A stretch of DNA of 64,000 bases from Amphiscolops sp. MND2022 (lineage: Eukaryota): NCBI GenBank assembly GCA_964187785.1, contig OZ076409.1:55864001-55928000 (forward strand), written 5' to 3'. The notes below the pieces were generated by a model. That model had not been told where the DNA came from and ran no database searches. It worked only from the letters and a program-made list of their open reading frames with translations. The position numbers and the translations under genes are program-made. Shown here piece after piece: positions 52,262 to 64,000 of the stretch; within the stretch, counting starts at the first letter, position 1, and the number at the start of each line of letters is the position of its first letter.

Positions 52262-53186
52262 TTTGTCAGATTGAAACGCTGTTTTGGAGAAAAGAATTTC
52301 AATTGGAATGATGAGCAAAGTAAAATTGGGTTGAAATAAAGTTGAAGAAAATGTGCATTTTGTCAAGTTATCAAAGTTGGAACAAAGGTTGTGAGGGTGA
52401 AAAGAAAGGTCTGATCAGTCTGAAAGTTTTCTGTTGAATGAATATTGTTGGGTTCCTTACTCTCCTTTTTGGTTCGGGCTAAACTTAGCTGCATGACAAC
52501 CAATTTTTGGAATGTCATGGTTACATCACGGTTATGTAATTACTAAAAAAAGTACCCAATCTGATATAAAAATAGGTTTGTAAGTTACATGGCTTCTATA
52601 AATAGATTCCTGCATGACGAATACTTTCCGTCGTTTTGATTGATCATCACACTAACTGCACCAATCCGTTCATCGTTAATGAGAAAAATGTGGCAACACG
52701 TAGTATGACTCATTGCAATGCAAGTATTAATTTCAACTTAGTGTAGCACGTAAGATTAAGTCAACGTAATGAGTCATACATCTAAAAGATATAGTTGAAG
52801 AGTTGAAAAATGCGATGTTGTACTGCAGTATGCTGCAAACTTAGTGCGGCAGATTAATCCAAATATTAAAGTCCTTACGTATTAATGCATCATACAAATC
52901 ATGTATAATTCATTCATTTCACTACAAATTGTGTTGAGCGGTATTATTCATCAAATATGTTAACACCTTGCAACATTTAGTGAATTGTTTATGAATGGAT
53001 ATTCATAAACAAGTATTTCACAAGTATTTCATAAACAAATATTTCACAAGTACAGTTAACTAGAATAGAAAACAAATTCAAATAATGCTGGTGTATAAAA
53101 GTCATATATGAATACATGTAAAACAAGTTTCAAGAAGTGATGAATTTTCTCCAGTTTGAACTAGTAGATGGGCGAGTCATTTGCCT

Positions 53187-54332
53187 CTATCGCTGCTCTA
53201 CGGGTCCAACACAAGCTCTAGGCTGTGGCAGGCCAGCATTTTTGAAGCAAATGAGTGCAGCCTCGAACCCATCTAGATAAGCTCGTGACCTGATGTTCCG
53301 ATCTCGCACTGTTTCGCCGGGGAATTCCGTGGCAGTAGCATAGGCTGCCAGCGCATCTAGGGCGACTTCATCGTAAGTCCTGCCACACCAATGACAGTTT
53401 CCTTGCACGTGTGGCATAACCGGAGTGTTAAGTTGCCTTCGTGGAGGGTTTCTTTGTTGCTGACTAGTGCTGTCACCGTGTACAGGACCCACATTGGTCG
53501 TTTCCAAGTTGCTATGTGTTCCCTGGGTGTCAAGATACAACTGCCCTCGGCGTTATAATAGTAAGCAACAGTTCCAGGCCCATTGGGTAGTAGTGTTTCT
53601 GCATTTAAGTTGTATGGGATTTGTGCTATGTCAAGGGTAGCTGGATTTGGTAGTTGAAATTGCGCAGCTGGCATATTATACTGGTTTATTACCGGCGTCT
53701 GCAATATTCTTTCCCCATTATACATACGAGCATAATTAGGTTGCGGAATCTCTTGTGGGATTACCACTGGAGCAATGGGTACAGGTCTTATTGGCCCATT
53801 TTTTTGGGTGAAAGCAGGGAGGTTGTTGTTGCCAGTATCAGGTTGTGAAAGCCTTTGCCTCGATAACCTCTCAGCTCTTATAGGTGGAACAGCTAGTACG
53901 GGTCTGCCATAATTGTTCCTAGGGACATTCGCGAAGTTGGCATTTAACAACAGTTCTTCGCTATTGCTTCCGCTTGATTCAAAAAATGAGATTGGCGAGA
54001 TATTAGGCAGTTCGGTGTTCTCAGAAATCATACTCAGCATTTCTCTCTATATCGGTCCCTGTTATGTCAATTACAGAATTTTCTCTAGTTTCGGGCTCAC
54101 TTACTGCAAATAGTCTGGCAGCGTTTTCAATTACGAATGCAATCATAGGGTCGTTAATTGGCCCTCCGATGCTGAATCTTAAGTCTATAGGTTCCGAATT
54201 ATGTTGTTCAGTCAGAAATTCTTCCCCAGAATCGCTCGAGATGTTTATAAGTCCGGGGGAGTTTGTCGAGACAGATTGCATATCTTCATCAATTGTGAAG
54301 AGGTGAGGATTTTTTGAAGGTCTGTTGTCCAT
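53187..54332 (-). CDS. Sense accessory ORF cluster of element B (acidic/Pro-rich ORFs plus a CxxCGR-domain ORF)
   Basis: Three overlapping ORFs; the last is homologous to 7217..7561. Confidence 0.6.
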
Positions 54333-55365
54333 TTAAGTTTGAGATTATCAACTGGTCTGTTTCGCGAATATTTGCCGAATAAAAATCTCCCACTTCTTTT
54401 CAGTCGATGGGCATTTCCCCGGGTTTCCCAAATACGGTAGGTAGTTTGTCGAGTCATCTTCTTCTTTGTTTACCGTTTTCCCGGTAATTTTCAGGGTAAG
54501 CGTTAGGTTGTGTTTCAACTTTATTTAAATAGCTCCATAACAAAATGAAATTTGTCCTCACAATTTCCATATATGGTAGATAGGGGTGTTAATTCTTCAT
54601 TCAAGATCACAGAGACACTATAATCACTTGTAAACAAATCTAAATGAAAATTAGCATGACGAATTTAACAACCAATTTTTATTTTTTGAATTTTGCATAT
54701 TTCATGAGATCTTACATGTGATTTTAATTGGAATTCATAACATCAACAGTACTAATGTCCTGATACAAATACATTTCAGGATACTCATAGACATAAAGTT
54801 TCCAGGAAGGAAACATGTCCACCTCAAGTTTTTCTGCTTCATGTTGTTTATTTCAGCGTCAGTATGCTGTTTCTGGAATATGCAATTATCTCATGGTATC
54901 CAAATGATGCATAGGGTTATGTGATATCATTTGTTTTAGGTCAAACACCGTCTTGCGTTGTACTGTAAGATGCCAGCAGTTTCGTTCATTTCCTCATTTC
55001 GCCACTATGGGGCGGCGCATCATGTGTATGTAAACGCACTAAGTTGTACTGTTCTAAATACCAATCTCGCTGGCAGGCATGATTGGTTTCAAACTATTTC
55101 AGCCAATCAGCATCGAGCATTTGCGCAAATATGCTAATTGTGTTTTAATCAGCCGGAAGCCACGCCATATAAAACTTTGTTTGTTAGTAAAGTTTCGTAG
55201 TCCAAAGTCAATTTCTACAGTTTCACAGTGTTCTCAATCAACATTTCCTTGCTTCCCTCTTTCGTACTTTTGTCTATAACTCATAGTTTTTTGATTTTCA
55301 TTTAACTCATTATTAGTTTCAACTGGTAATTAGTTACGCCTTTCCCATTGTCAATTCTTCCCATC

Positions 55366-58300
55366 ATGGTTCGTTCAAAAAGCACTTCTAATCGGCGTCG
55401 CAAAGCTTCAAAGGAGAAAAGGACAGCTTCGACTTCCCAGGATCAACCATCAACCACTGCAGCTATTTTGACAGGTAAGCTTGAGTTCATTTTCTTTGTG
55501 TATTATTGTTGCTTTCTTGCTTTTTTGAGACGTCCCAGATTTTTAAATACAAGTTGGCCAGACTCGTATTTCATTGACATATCTTTTCGATTTATCAACT
55601 TCCTGTCTTCAAGTTTTTTGAACGGAAACGCTAACTTCTTGTTTTGGTTTCTAGCATATTTCCATTCCGAATTTTATTTCAGGTTCTATCTCAGCTACAC
55701 AAACAAAACGCATTGCCGAGTGTTCTGAGCCGCGGAAATCTGCTAGAATCCAAAGGACTCTGCTTGAATGAGGCTATAATCCCCGATTTTCCCTTGATGA
55801 GGAAGACCTCCCTCCAGCTTTTGTTCCTCAAGTACTACTGGAAGATAATTTTGATGAACTTGTGAACGCCGTTGATTCGCCAGACTGTGTTTCTCTAAGT
55901 GGGAAGCAAGCAGATACAGCTGGGGATATTCAGATTGGAACAGCTGATAAGGACGACACTACTGAAGTAACGGAAAATACTGACGCTCCTATAAGCGGAA
56001 TTCCAGCAAATCCATCGGCACCTCTTGACGCCGCTTCTTCAAAATTCGTGCACTGTAAGGATAAGGACGTTCTGACAACCCAGACTGGGAACACTCCAGT
56101 TTCAGCCAAATGATCCCCTTTTACTAGGTATCTAATTAAAAAGACTGATCCATCTAAGGAACAAGGGAAAAACGACACGTGTGCTGTTACCTCGGAGCAA
56201 AACAGCCCCAAAAATTCTGACCCCCAAGACACTTGGGCAGCTCCTTTCGAGAGACTTTTAGCCGAAGCGGCAGAAGAAGCTGCTATGAAACAGATTCAAC
56301 TCAACTCCAACTTAATGGTTCCGGATTCTGCTCAAACCGATGAGCGCGGCGGGAAAGAAGGGCGCCCCGTGACTGAGGCTATTACCACAACAAATCCACC
56401 AGATGTGGTTGGAGACAATTATCAGCCATCCGATTCAAGTTCAAACAGTAGCACCGATTCCGATCTGGAGATGTCTTCCACTGAAGAGTTTGTCGCTACT
56501 CCAGAGAAGCCTCTCAGGAAGCGCAAGGCAGAGAAGAAAAGTAGTCCAGCCAAAAAACGGGCTGAGCCTCAACATATGCTCGCCGAATGGATGTACGATA
56601 AGTACCCCATCCTCAGGTTCTTTGCCGCTGCACCTTCTGATGCGGCCGGAAATCCAAATAAGTACCGCTGTCGCGTTTGTATGGTAGAACTTTCTCTCAA
56701 AACCAAAGGTCCTTTGGAAATGTTACGGCACTATCGGACTGATGCGCACCTAGTACGGGAACACAGATTCCGTATGGAGACTCCTGGACTTGCACTATTC
56801 GATAAACAGTGCGTAGAATTGACCGGAATGGCCCTAAAGTACGCGAAGGAGAGAGCCAAACGGGAGTACCCGATCGCCCCCAAGCTTGGCGATTATTACC
56901 TCCTAGTTGATCAGCAAGAACTGCCAGAAAAAACGGAACCAGATAACCCGGACAAGGAGACATTGTCACAATTGACCCTACTCAAGTTCGGATTATGGCA
57001 TGGTGGACATTTGGATTCTCTGATCGCCCTCTGGCATGACCTGATCACGGAGACAAGGACTTCAGAATCTGTTTCCACACACGATTGGAGACCACACAGG
57101 ATCTTGGTAAGTTGTTTTGGTAGTCGTTTTTGTCTAAAAACAGTCTAGGTATTTGGAAAAGGTTGTCTTTTTATAGGCGCTCCTAGCCCACATGTTTCGC
57201 GAGCTCCTATCATACAGTGTCACTTCCATTGAGTCCTCGGGCAGTTACTCCCTCCGATTGGCATTCACGGCACAAGAGACGAGGCTCTTCGTGAATTTCT
57301 GGTCCGGAAACTCATTACACAGCATGTGTTCAGCCGTTCTCCCCGGCCGACTTACCAACCAGTCTGCCTTGATTCCAATCATTAGCAGTTTCTTCGCTCT
57401 ATTAGACAAAGAAGTACACCTGCCTTTCTTAGCTGGGTTTTCTCGACGTCTTGCTTGGACTTTTTCCCGAGTCCTACCTCAGCCCAAAAGGATCTGTAGT
57501 ACACCAAAATTCGGTCCTGAGGACTTGGAGGATCTTCTGCTTGTCCCCACAGTCCAAATTTTGACAGGCTCGACTTCAGGAGTGTTCTGGATTTCCTGCT
57601 TCTCCGACTGAAATCTGCTTGTGGAAGCTCCTGGCTGTCATCCCTTCCAAACTTTGAAAAAGTTTACCTTTTATATTTCATTTTCCAAACATTTTGTAGG
57701 AATATCTGCTTGGTGACATAATTTTATTCTCGTGTAAACGTGGCTATTATGGCTCTGGTTCACAGTTCTTTTTCTTGTGAAGGTTCCTTCCCTTTTAGGA
57801 GAAATTAAGTTTCCTTTCGCATAAGACACTTCGCAGATATTTCTTTGTTGCATATCCAAGCTTGCAGCATAATACGGCACAATTGGTCTTCTCAATTAAT
57901 TTTTCAAAAGGTTTTGCTCACGATTACGTAATTTAGTATGTTGTAACGAATGAGTCACTATACGATATTTGTTTCGACTTTCTGCACGTGAATATCTGTG
58001 CTCGACTGTTTCTTTGATTTTGGCACCCGCTCATTTTCACTTCGTGATACGTGGTGTTACGTAATAGAAGTCAAAATTTTTGTGTTGTTACAGCTGGCGT
58101 TCAATCTTGACTATGACCTAATACAAGCTGTTGAGATTCTCGATCAACTGATTCAGAACTGGGAGCACGTCACTTCCCATGTGCGGGACAGCAGGAGAGT
58201 GGCTGCATATCGTTCTCATATCCAAGAGGTTTCTCTTCTTATTTGCTTCCTTAGTGGGTATTCTTCACATGGTTTTTATATAATTTTTGGTTTCCTTTCA

Positions 58301-59700
58301 GCCATCTGGGATGGATGATATCATCACCAAGGATCGTGTGCTGGTTGTACGACTGTTTATCATCCGCAACATTTTGAGTCAATGTTAGTCTTCCTCTTTA
58401 ATTGTTTTACTTCAAGTGTCATTTCCAAAGTAGACTTCAACGTATCGCACAAAATTCCTTCTGTTTTGGTGGTTCCTTATTAGTTTCGTATCAAGCTTCA
58501 TAAGTTTCTTTCTGTTCTAGACAATTCAACCTTCAAGGAAGTAGATGCGAGTGTAGCTGGAGGGTTTCGCAACTACAACCACTTCTGTGTCTTCGTGTAC
58601 ACACAGATGCAAACCATCTTCCCTACGTCCTTCCTTGGGAGCATCAGCAATTGGGACAATTACATGCAATTAAACATGAGTGAAGTTACTTTGCCTATCA
58701 AGACAGTTGATGAATTTCTGCAGGATAAAGACCTCTCCGATTTGTTATATAGGAGCAAGATCCCTACCCCACGGAAATTCGCTGAGCAGGCCATATCATT
58801 CTACCGTTATTTTATCAAACAGTTGCTTTCCTGTGAAATGGCTACGTCTTCATTTGCTCGTGGGCTTTCGTCGTTTGATGAAGCTGTGATATGCGATCGA
58901 GAGGAGGCGCAGTATGAAGACTCTATCCAAACCCTTGCCGGATACTTCGTCCAAAAACGATGGATCTCCCCCCATGTAAAGCCTGTTGTAGTGAGCGAGT
59001 ACTGTTCTCTCGTCACCAAATTCCGTGCAGACAAAGTTTCTAGTTCAAATAAATATGTCAGTTTCATTTCCTGCTACTATGAGCTTCAATGCAGATTGGA
59101 ATTGTCCCGCCTCTTTAAAGTTTGTTGTGAAACGCTCAGAAGCCCTTGTACCCACCTCCAAACTTTGTTGTACCTTTGCCTGGCTTAAAATCTAGTAAAA
59201 TGGAATTCTCTTCTTGCGTGAGGAGCTTTCAGTGTTCCCTCAGTTCCATTCAAAAGGTAGAGAGTCTTTTCTTATCAACAGCTGCACTTCCTCGTGCATA
59301 CGATCTCCTCAACCAAAGGCCTGGGCTACTTCTCAAATGCAAGTTCTCAGTATCGAATCTCCTGAATTCGACTCATTTTTTGAAGATTGGCTTGCTGTCT
59401 ACTTTGGAGTCCTGTTACGCCACGAATGTTGCTGTTGACAGTCGTACTTGAATTACAGCAGGGAAAGAACCCAGCTTTTGCTCTAGCCGTAGTAGTAGTA
59501 GTAATGCTAGTTTCCCTGTAAAGTCTTTTTCAGCAAAATCTTCTCCAGAGAAATCTTCTCCTGAGAAATCGTCTCCAGATAAGACTAAACAGCCAGTTGC
59601 TGCAGATTCCGGTGTTGCCCCAGCTGTTCGTAGTTTGATTGAACTTCCCTTCCTGACTGCTTCAACTTCTGCTGTCTCTCTCTTCCAGTGGTGATAAGAA
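55366..59700 (+). pseudogene. Antisense intron-containing cargo gene of element B: zinc finger plus hAT-transposase-like body
   Basis: Exons 55366-55474, 55683-57106, 57177-57661, 58094-58228, 58302-58383 and 58521-about 59700, with GT-AG introns. ZnF YRCRVCMVELSLKTKGPLEMLRHYRTDAHL. Homologous to 1651-5750. Several stops and frameshifts. Confidence 0.75.
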
Positions 59701-59880
59701 GAAGCAGAAGAAAGGAAAACCAGCTATACATTAGCAAATTGTCGGATTTAGTCAAACTTTGTTTACGCCAATGGCTCAATTTAAGCTACAAATTTTTGCA
59801 ATTTTCATTGCTTCTTTTCTTGACTTTTGTTGATTATTTAACAGGAAGCTAGGTAGTTGAGTTTGTATTACTTTTTGTTT

Positions 59881-62800
59881 TTAATATCGGTAGGAGTCTG
59901 AAAAGTTAGGATTTGGGTTGGGTCGTAGATTGTATTTTTCACCACGTGTATTGGTAGAGGTTTTCTCTTTTTGAACCTCATTATTTTCTTGATTTTCATC
60001 TGTATTCTTTGGGGTTTTTTCTGCATCAATAGTAGGGTTAGGTTGTAAGTCTTGTTGATTATTATTTATATCGATTTCATTTTCTGTATTTTCGGGTAGG
60101 GTTTCTTCTTTAGGAACGGTAGTTTGTTATACGGGGCTCCCCTACTGTTTTTTGAAATTTCGAGGGAGGGTGGGTGGTTTATCGGTACAGATTCTTGTAT
60201 GTCATCTTGTTCGTTATCTGGGAGTTCTATTTCAAATGGATCTGTACCAAAGTTTGTATCCCATGTATGGGCATACAGATCATCGTGTGTAACCATTATG
60301 TTGTCATCTTTTTGCCAATCTGTTTCTCTGACAAAATTATCGGCTAGGTGCGCTAGGTGTAAATTTCCTCAAACGTATTCGGTGTAACAGTTGTGTTTTG
60401 TTTGTCCCTAGCCTTCGTAGAATGTAATTATTGTTTGGTAGGACTTTTTCAACTTTGTAAGGACCTATCCAACGGAATTCTCGGAACGGTGTTTTTGTCG
60501 GCCTTCAGGTTCAGTATGTAGCAATAGTCTGTTGTAGTAAGCGGTGCTGCTTTTGCCTTGCGGTCATAGTATGCTTTATATTTCAAATATGACTGCATGA
60601 TTTTCTTTTTGGTTTGGTCATTGAGTATCTCCATTCTGCGTTGTATTTCTTCTGCAATGTCAGACTGTGGAGTATAACGTGGGTTAGGGTTATAGCCTAG
60701 CTTGTAGTCTAGGATGTTATGTGGTATCCTGCTGTGGAAAACACGGGTGGGTTCACATCCTAAGCTGGCATGATACGTTGTGTTGTGGTTTAATACAGCC
60801 AGTGGTAAGAATTTGTGCCAATTTTTGCGAAATTCACCTGTTGCTGCTTCCAAATTTGTTTTTACTGTAGCATGAGTGCGTTCTAGCATGCCGATTGTTT
60901 GTGCATGTTTTGTCGAAGCATGTTTTAGCTCAACTCCAAGCACTGCTGCTTCTTCGCGGGTGATTTGTGAGTTGAATTGAGTGCCCATGTCAGTTATTAT
61001 GGTCGTTGGTAAATATGTGTGTTTGCACAAAATGTCCATAATGACTCTTGCGACTGTAGGGGCTGTGATTCGAGTTGTTGGATGAGCAAATAAATATCTT
61101 GAGAAGACATCAATTGCTGTTATAATGTTATCAAAACCTCCACTCGGTGGGAGATTAGGTAATATGTCCATCTGAAGAATATCTTCTGGACCGAGGTCCC
61201 ATTCTGGACAATTTAGGAGTTCTGTTTTCAGTAAATCGTTATTGATTCTTTTGTTTTGAATGCATATTTGGCAGTTTTGTACCCAATTTTTGATGTGCTT
61301 TGCCAAGCTTGGGTAACAGTATTTCTGTCGCGCTTCCTGTATCATTTTTGTTATTCCTGGGTGATTTGCATTGTGTCCATGCAATGCTTGTAGGAACTCT
61401 TCGAGAAGCTGTTTCGGAAAGAGTATTTGGTAGTGTGAGATTTGTCCAATATCATTGTAGTATTTTGGTACAAGAATGTCTTGGCGGATTTCGATTCGGG
61501 GTATGTTTTGTAGGTATTGCTGGTAGCGATTGTCTTGTGTGAACGTTGACTCATCAAAAGGCTCACCCTCTATTTTTGCTGAGATTGCAAAGGACTGGGT
61601 CATTATTTTGTTCGAGTCGGATTTTTGCGTTGTCTCGAAATCGTCCTTCTCAATAATCTATTGTTCCGGCAGTTGGTTTATGGAAATTTTGTAATTCAGT
61701 TATTTCATTTTCCGGTTCGTTGTGTGTTTCTGTTTGTGCTTGATTTCTAATATTGTCTTTTTGTTCCCAGAGTGTTTTTTCATAATTTTCATCGTCTGGG
61801 TGGATGTAAGATTGTTCTTCTTCGGCTATGCCGGAGGATTGGATATTAACCTCGATAGCTTTTGTTTGTATGTCGTTGCGTAAATTCATTTCTAGTTTTT
61901 CTGTCGGGTTGATTTCCGTTCGCGGCAAGAAGTCTGCAGCTGTATTCATTGCTCCTGCTACATGTGCTATAACGAAATTGTACTACAGGACGTAGTCGCA
62001 TGAGTTCCATAGTGCTAGGGGGATGATTTTTGTTTGGAAAAATCTAGTGACTGCTCGGTTGTTGGTGAAAACGATTACGGGAAAAGTACTTCCCCACATT
62101 AGGTGTCCAAATTCTGAGAATGCGAAGAAGATGGCTAATAACTCTTTGGCATATATTGATATTTTTAGTTGGGTTGGGTTGAAAGTTTTTGAGCCGAATG
62201 CGATATGGGCGTATGTTTTGCGTTTGGATTGTAGTTTTTGTTGAGGGTCGTCTTCAATCATAATCGCATATCCTGCCGCTGTAAAACTGGCATCGGACAT
62301 GACGATTAGTTGTTTGTCTTTAAGTGGTTGTTTGAGTGCCATTTGGCAAGATTGAAGGAGGAGGTCGTTTAACTGTTCAAAATTGCTTGTGAGTTCGATA
62401 GAAATGTAGAATTTGTTGGTTTCTTTCAGCAGTTTGAAGAAAGGGGTGAGTCGTTCCGAAAAGCGCGGTATATAATTTCTGTAATAGTTCAGAAAACCAA
62501 TATACCTTTGAAGACCTTTTTTGGATTTTGGGAATTTAAGTTTCGCTAAGAAATCTTTGACTTTGTTTACTTGGGGAGAGACTCCTTCAGGTGTAATCGT
62601 TCTTCCTAGGAAGTCGACTTGTTTCACTCCAAAATGGCATTTTGACATTGACAGTTTCAAACCTGCGTTCCGTTTACATTCGAAGACTGCTCGGATGTTT
62701 ATACACAGTTGTGACACTGTGTTTGCTGCGATTCCGATGTCGTCGACGTATTGGGCGCATTGGTCTGCTTTGATGAGGGTGTCTAAGTATTCTCGTATGA

Positions 62801-64000
62801 AACTGGAGAATGCTGATAGTGATCTGCGAAGGCCTTGTGCTAAACGCCGATATGCAAAGGTTCGGCTAGCAAAGTTAAAGGCCAACATCTGAATTGATTC
62901 GTAATCTGCCATCTGAAGGCAGTGGTACGCTTGTGAACAGTCAAGTTTACAGAATAATTTCTTTCTTGCTATGTGTTGGGCTGCATCGGAAAGTTTACTG
63001 ACTGGGTGGTTGTTGTTTACGTAGTCTTCGGAGATGAGATTATTTATTTTGCGCAAGTCGACTAAGAGTCGCAATCGACCATTAGGTTTTCGTTGCGCAA
63101 AAATGGGACTTGCGTATTTAGAGAAAGGTAGAGTTGTTATTATACCATACTTGTGAAGTAGGGCAAGTTCTACCGTGATGTCGTCTTTTAGGTTGATCGG
63201 TGTCGGAAGGCTCTGGCTATATGCTGGTCGGTCATCGTCTGGTGTAAGTTTGACCTTGAATTCTCTATTTGTTCCAATGTCAAACCTGTGTCGGGCGAAA
63301 ATATCGTGAAATTCAACCAGCAGTTCTTCCACTTTTTGTCGTTCAAACAGTGTGAGTGTTGTATCACTCCAGTCAAAATTGTCAAGAAATGTTTTGCGTG
63401 ATCTTTCGTCGTCTTGTGGGTTAAGTGTTTCTAGTGTTAGAAGTTCCACTAGTTCATCAAATATTCGTTTCTGAATTGGTGTGTATGTTGTCGGGTCTCC
63501 AGGTTGTTCCGGTGTTGGAAACCAGTATTGTTCCGTTTTGTCTTCTTTGTTGTTTACTTTTAGGAGTTCGTTTAGGTATACGTCCGTAACTTCAGTATGT
63601 TGATGCATGATGAATGTTAGCATTGAAGGGTTGATTGGTTTGATATATTTTATTTGTTCAGGGGTTAAAACTCAAATGTCGGCTAGATGTGTGTCTGTTG
63701 TGATTGTATAGGGTAGTTCTGAGAAATTACAGATCTGGTATCCAACTGCGTTATTGTTGACTGTGCAGAGGGAAGATACAAGGAAAAGTGTGTCATGATC
63801 CTCAAGGTGCGTAGATGGCGTTACTATGCCCTTGCATCATGATCATTTGAGTGCGGCATTCTGCTTGCAATGAGCATCGTTTCACCCGGTTGCAGTGTGT
63901 ATGTTGTTTCTTCAAGTAGTGGTGTTGATTGTCGTGTTGGAAGATTGTGTTCTGGTTTCAATTGCATTGATAGATGTGGAAAAGTTAATATTCCTTGTCG
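59881..64000 (-). pseudogene. pol: Gypsy pol (dUTPase-like linker, RT, RNase H, integrase, tail) with stops and frameshifts
   Basis: RT LRLLVDLRKIN, KLDCSQAYH, QYVDD. RNase H SDAS...IAFGSKTF. Integrase HGHNANHPG...CQIC, QMDIL, ITDMG, LERTH. Ends KYNLRPNPNPNFSDSYRY* at 59881. Confidence 0.95.

Larger units (their letters stand above)
46183..54749. repeat. Head-to-tail tandem duplication of about 4.28 kb (46183-50467 and 50468-54749) covering the 3' end of element B plus about 1.2 kb of flank
   Basis: Paired ORFs at a 4284 offset (47349/51633, 48903/53187, 49073/53357, 49737/54021) with scattered substitutions and small indels. Confidence 0.97.
51695..64000 (-). mobile_element. Ty3/Gypsy LTR retrotransposon 'B' (5' end beyond window): pol, antisense spliced cargo gene, sense accessory ORFs, putative 3' LTR
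   Basis: RT-RNaseH-IN order (Gypsy). Architecture is colinear with element A. Putative LTR end ...GATTATCACA at 51695. Confidence 0.88.

Noticed and set aside
46183..54749. The two 4.28-kb units as the paired LTRs of one element
   Set aside because: They abut directly, enclose no internal region, and include sequence beyond the putative LTR CA terminus.

Overview
Repeat-rich eukaryotic (metazoan-like) DNA with GT-AG introns. Host genes: two minus-strand SLC2A/GLUT-family sugar transporter paralogues. Gene A (42459-29168) is complete and has two duplicated, phase-compatible terminal exons, each encoding the whole C-terminal half. Gene B (11361-9949) shows only exons 1-2. The most notable structure is a pair of divergent Ty3/Gypsy LTR retrotransposons, one at each end of the window (A: 1-9212, +; B: 64000-51695, -). 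Both have the same order: pol, then an antisense multi-intron gene for a zinc-finger protein resembling a catalytically degenerate hAT transposase, then a sense CxxCGR accessory ORF, then a putative LTR containing the start of a gag-like ORF. Intron positions and internal exon lengths (486/485, 135/135, 81/82 nt) are conserved between the two elements. Also present: a 4.28-kb tandem duplication, two further decayed Gypsy copies, a probable solo LTR, a LINE fragment, several MITEs (hAT-, MULE-, CMC- and HINE-like), a 553-bp (GAT)n tract and perfect hairpins. All calls were made by eye; no database searches were run.
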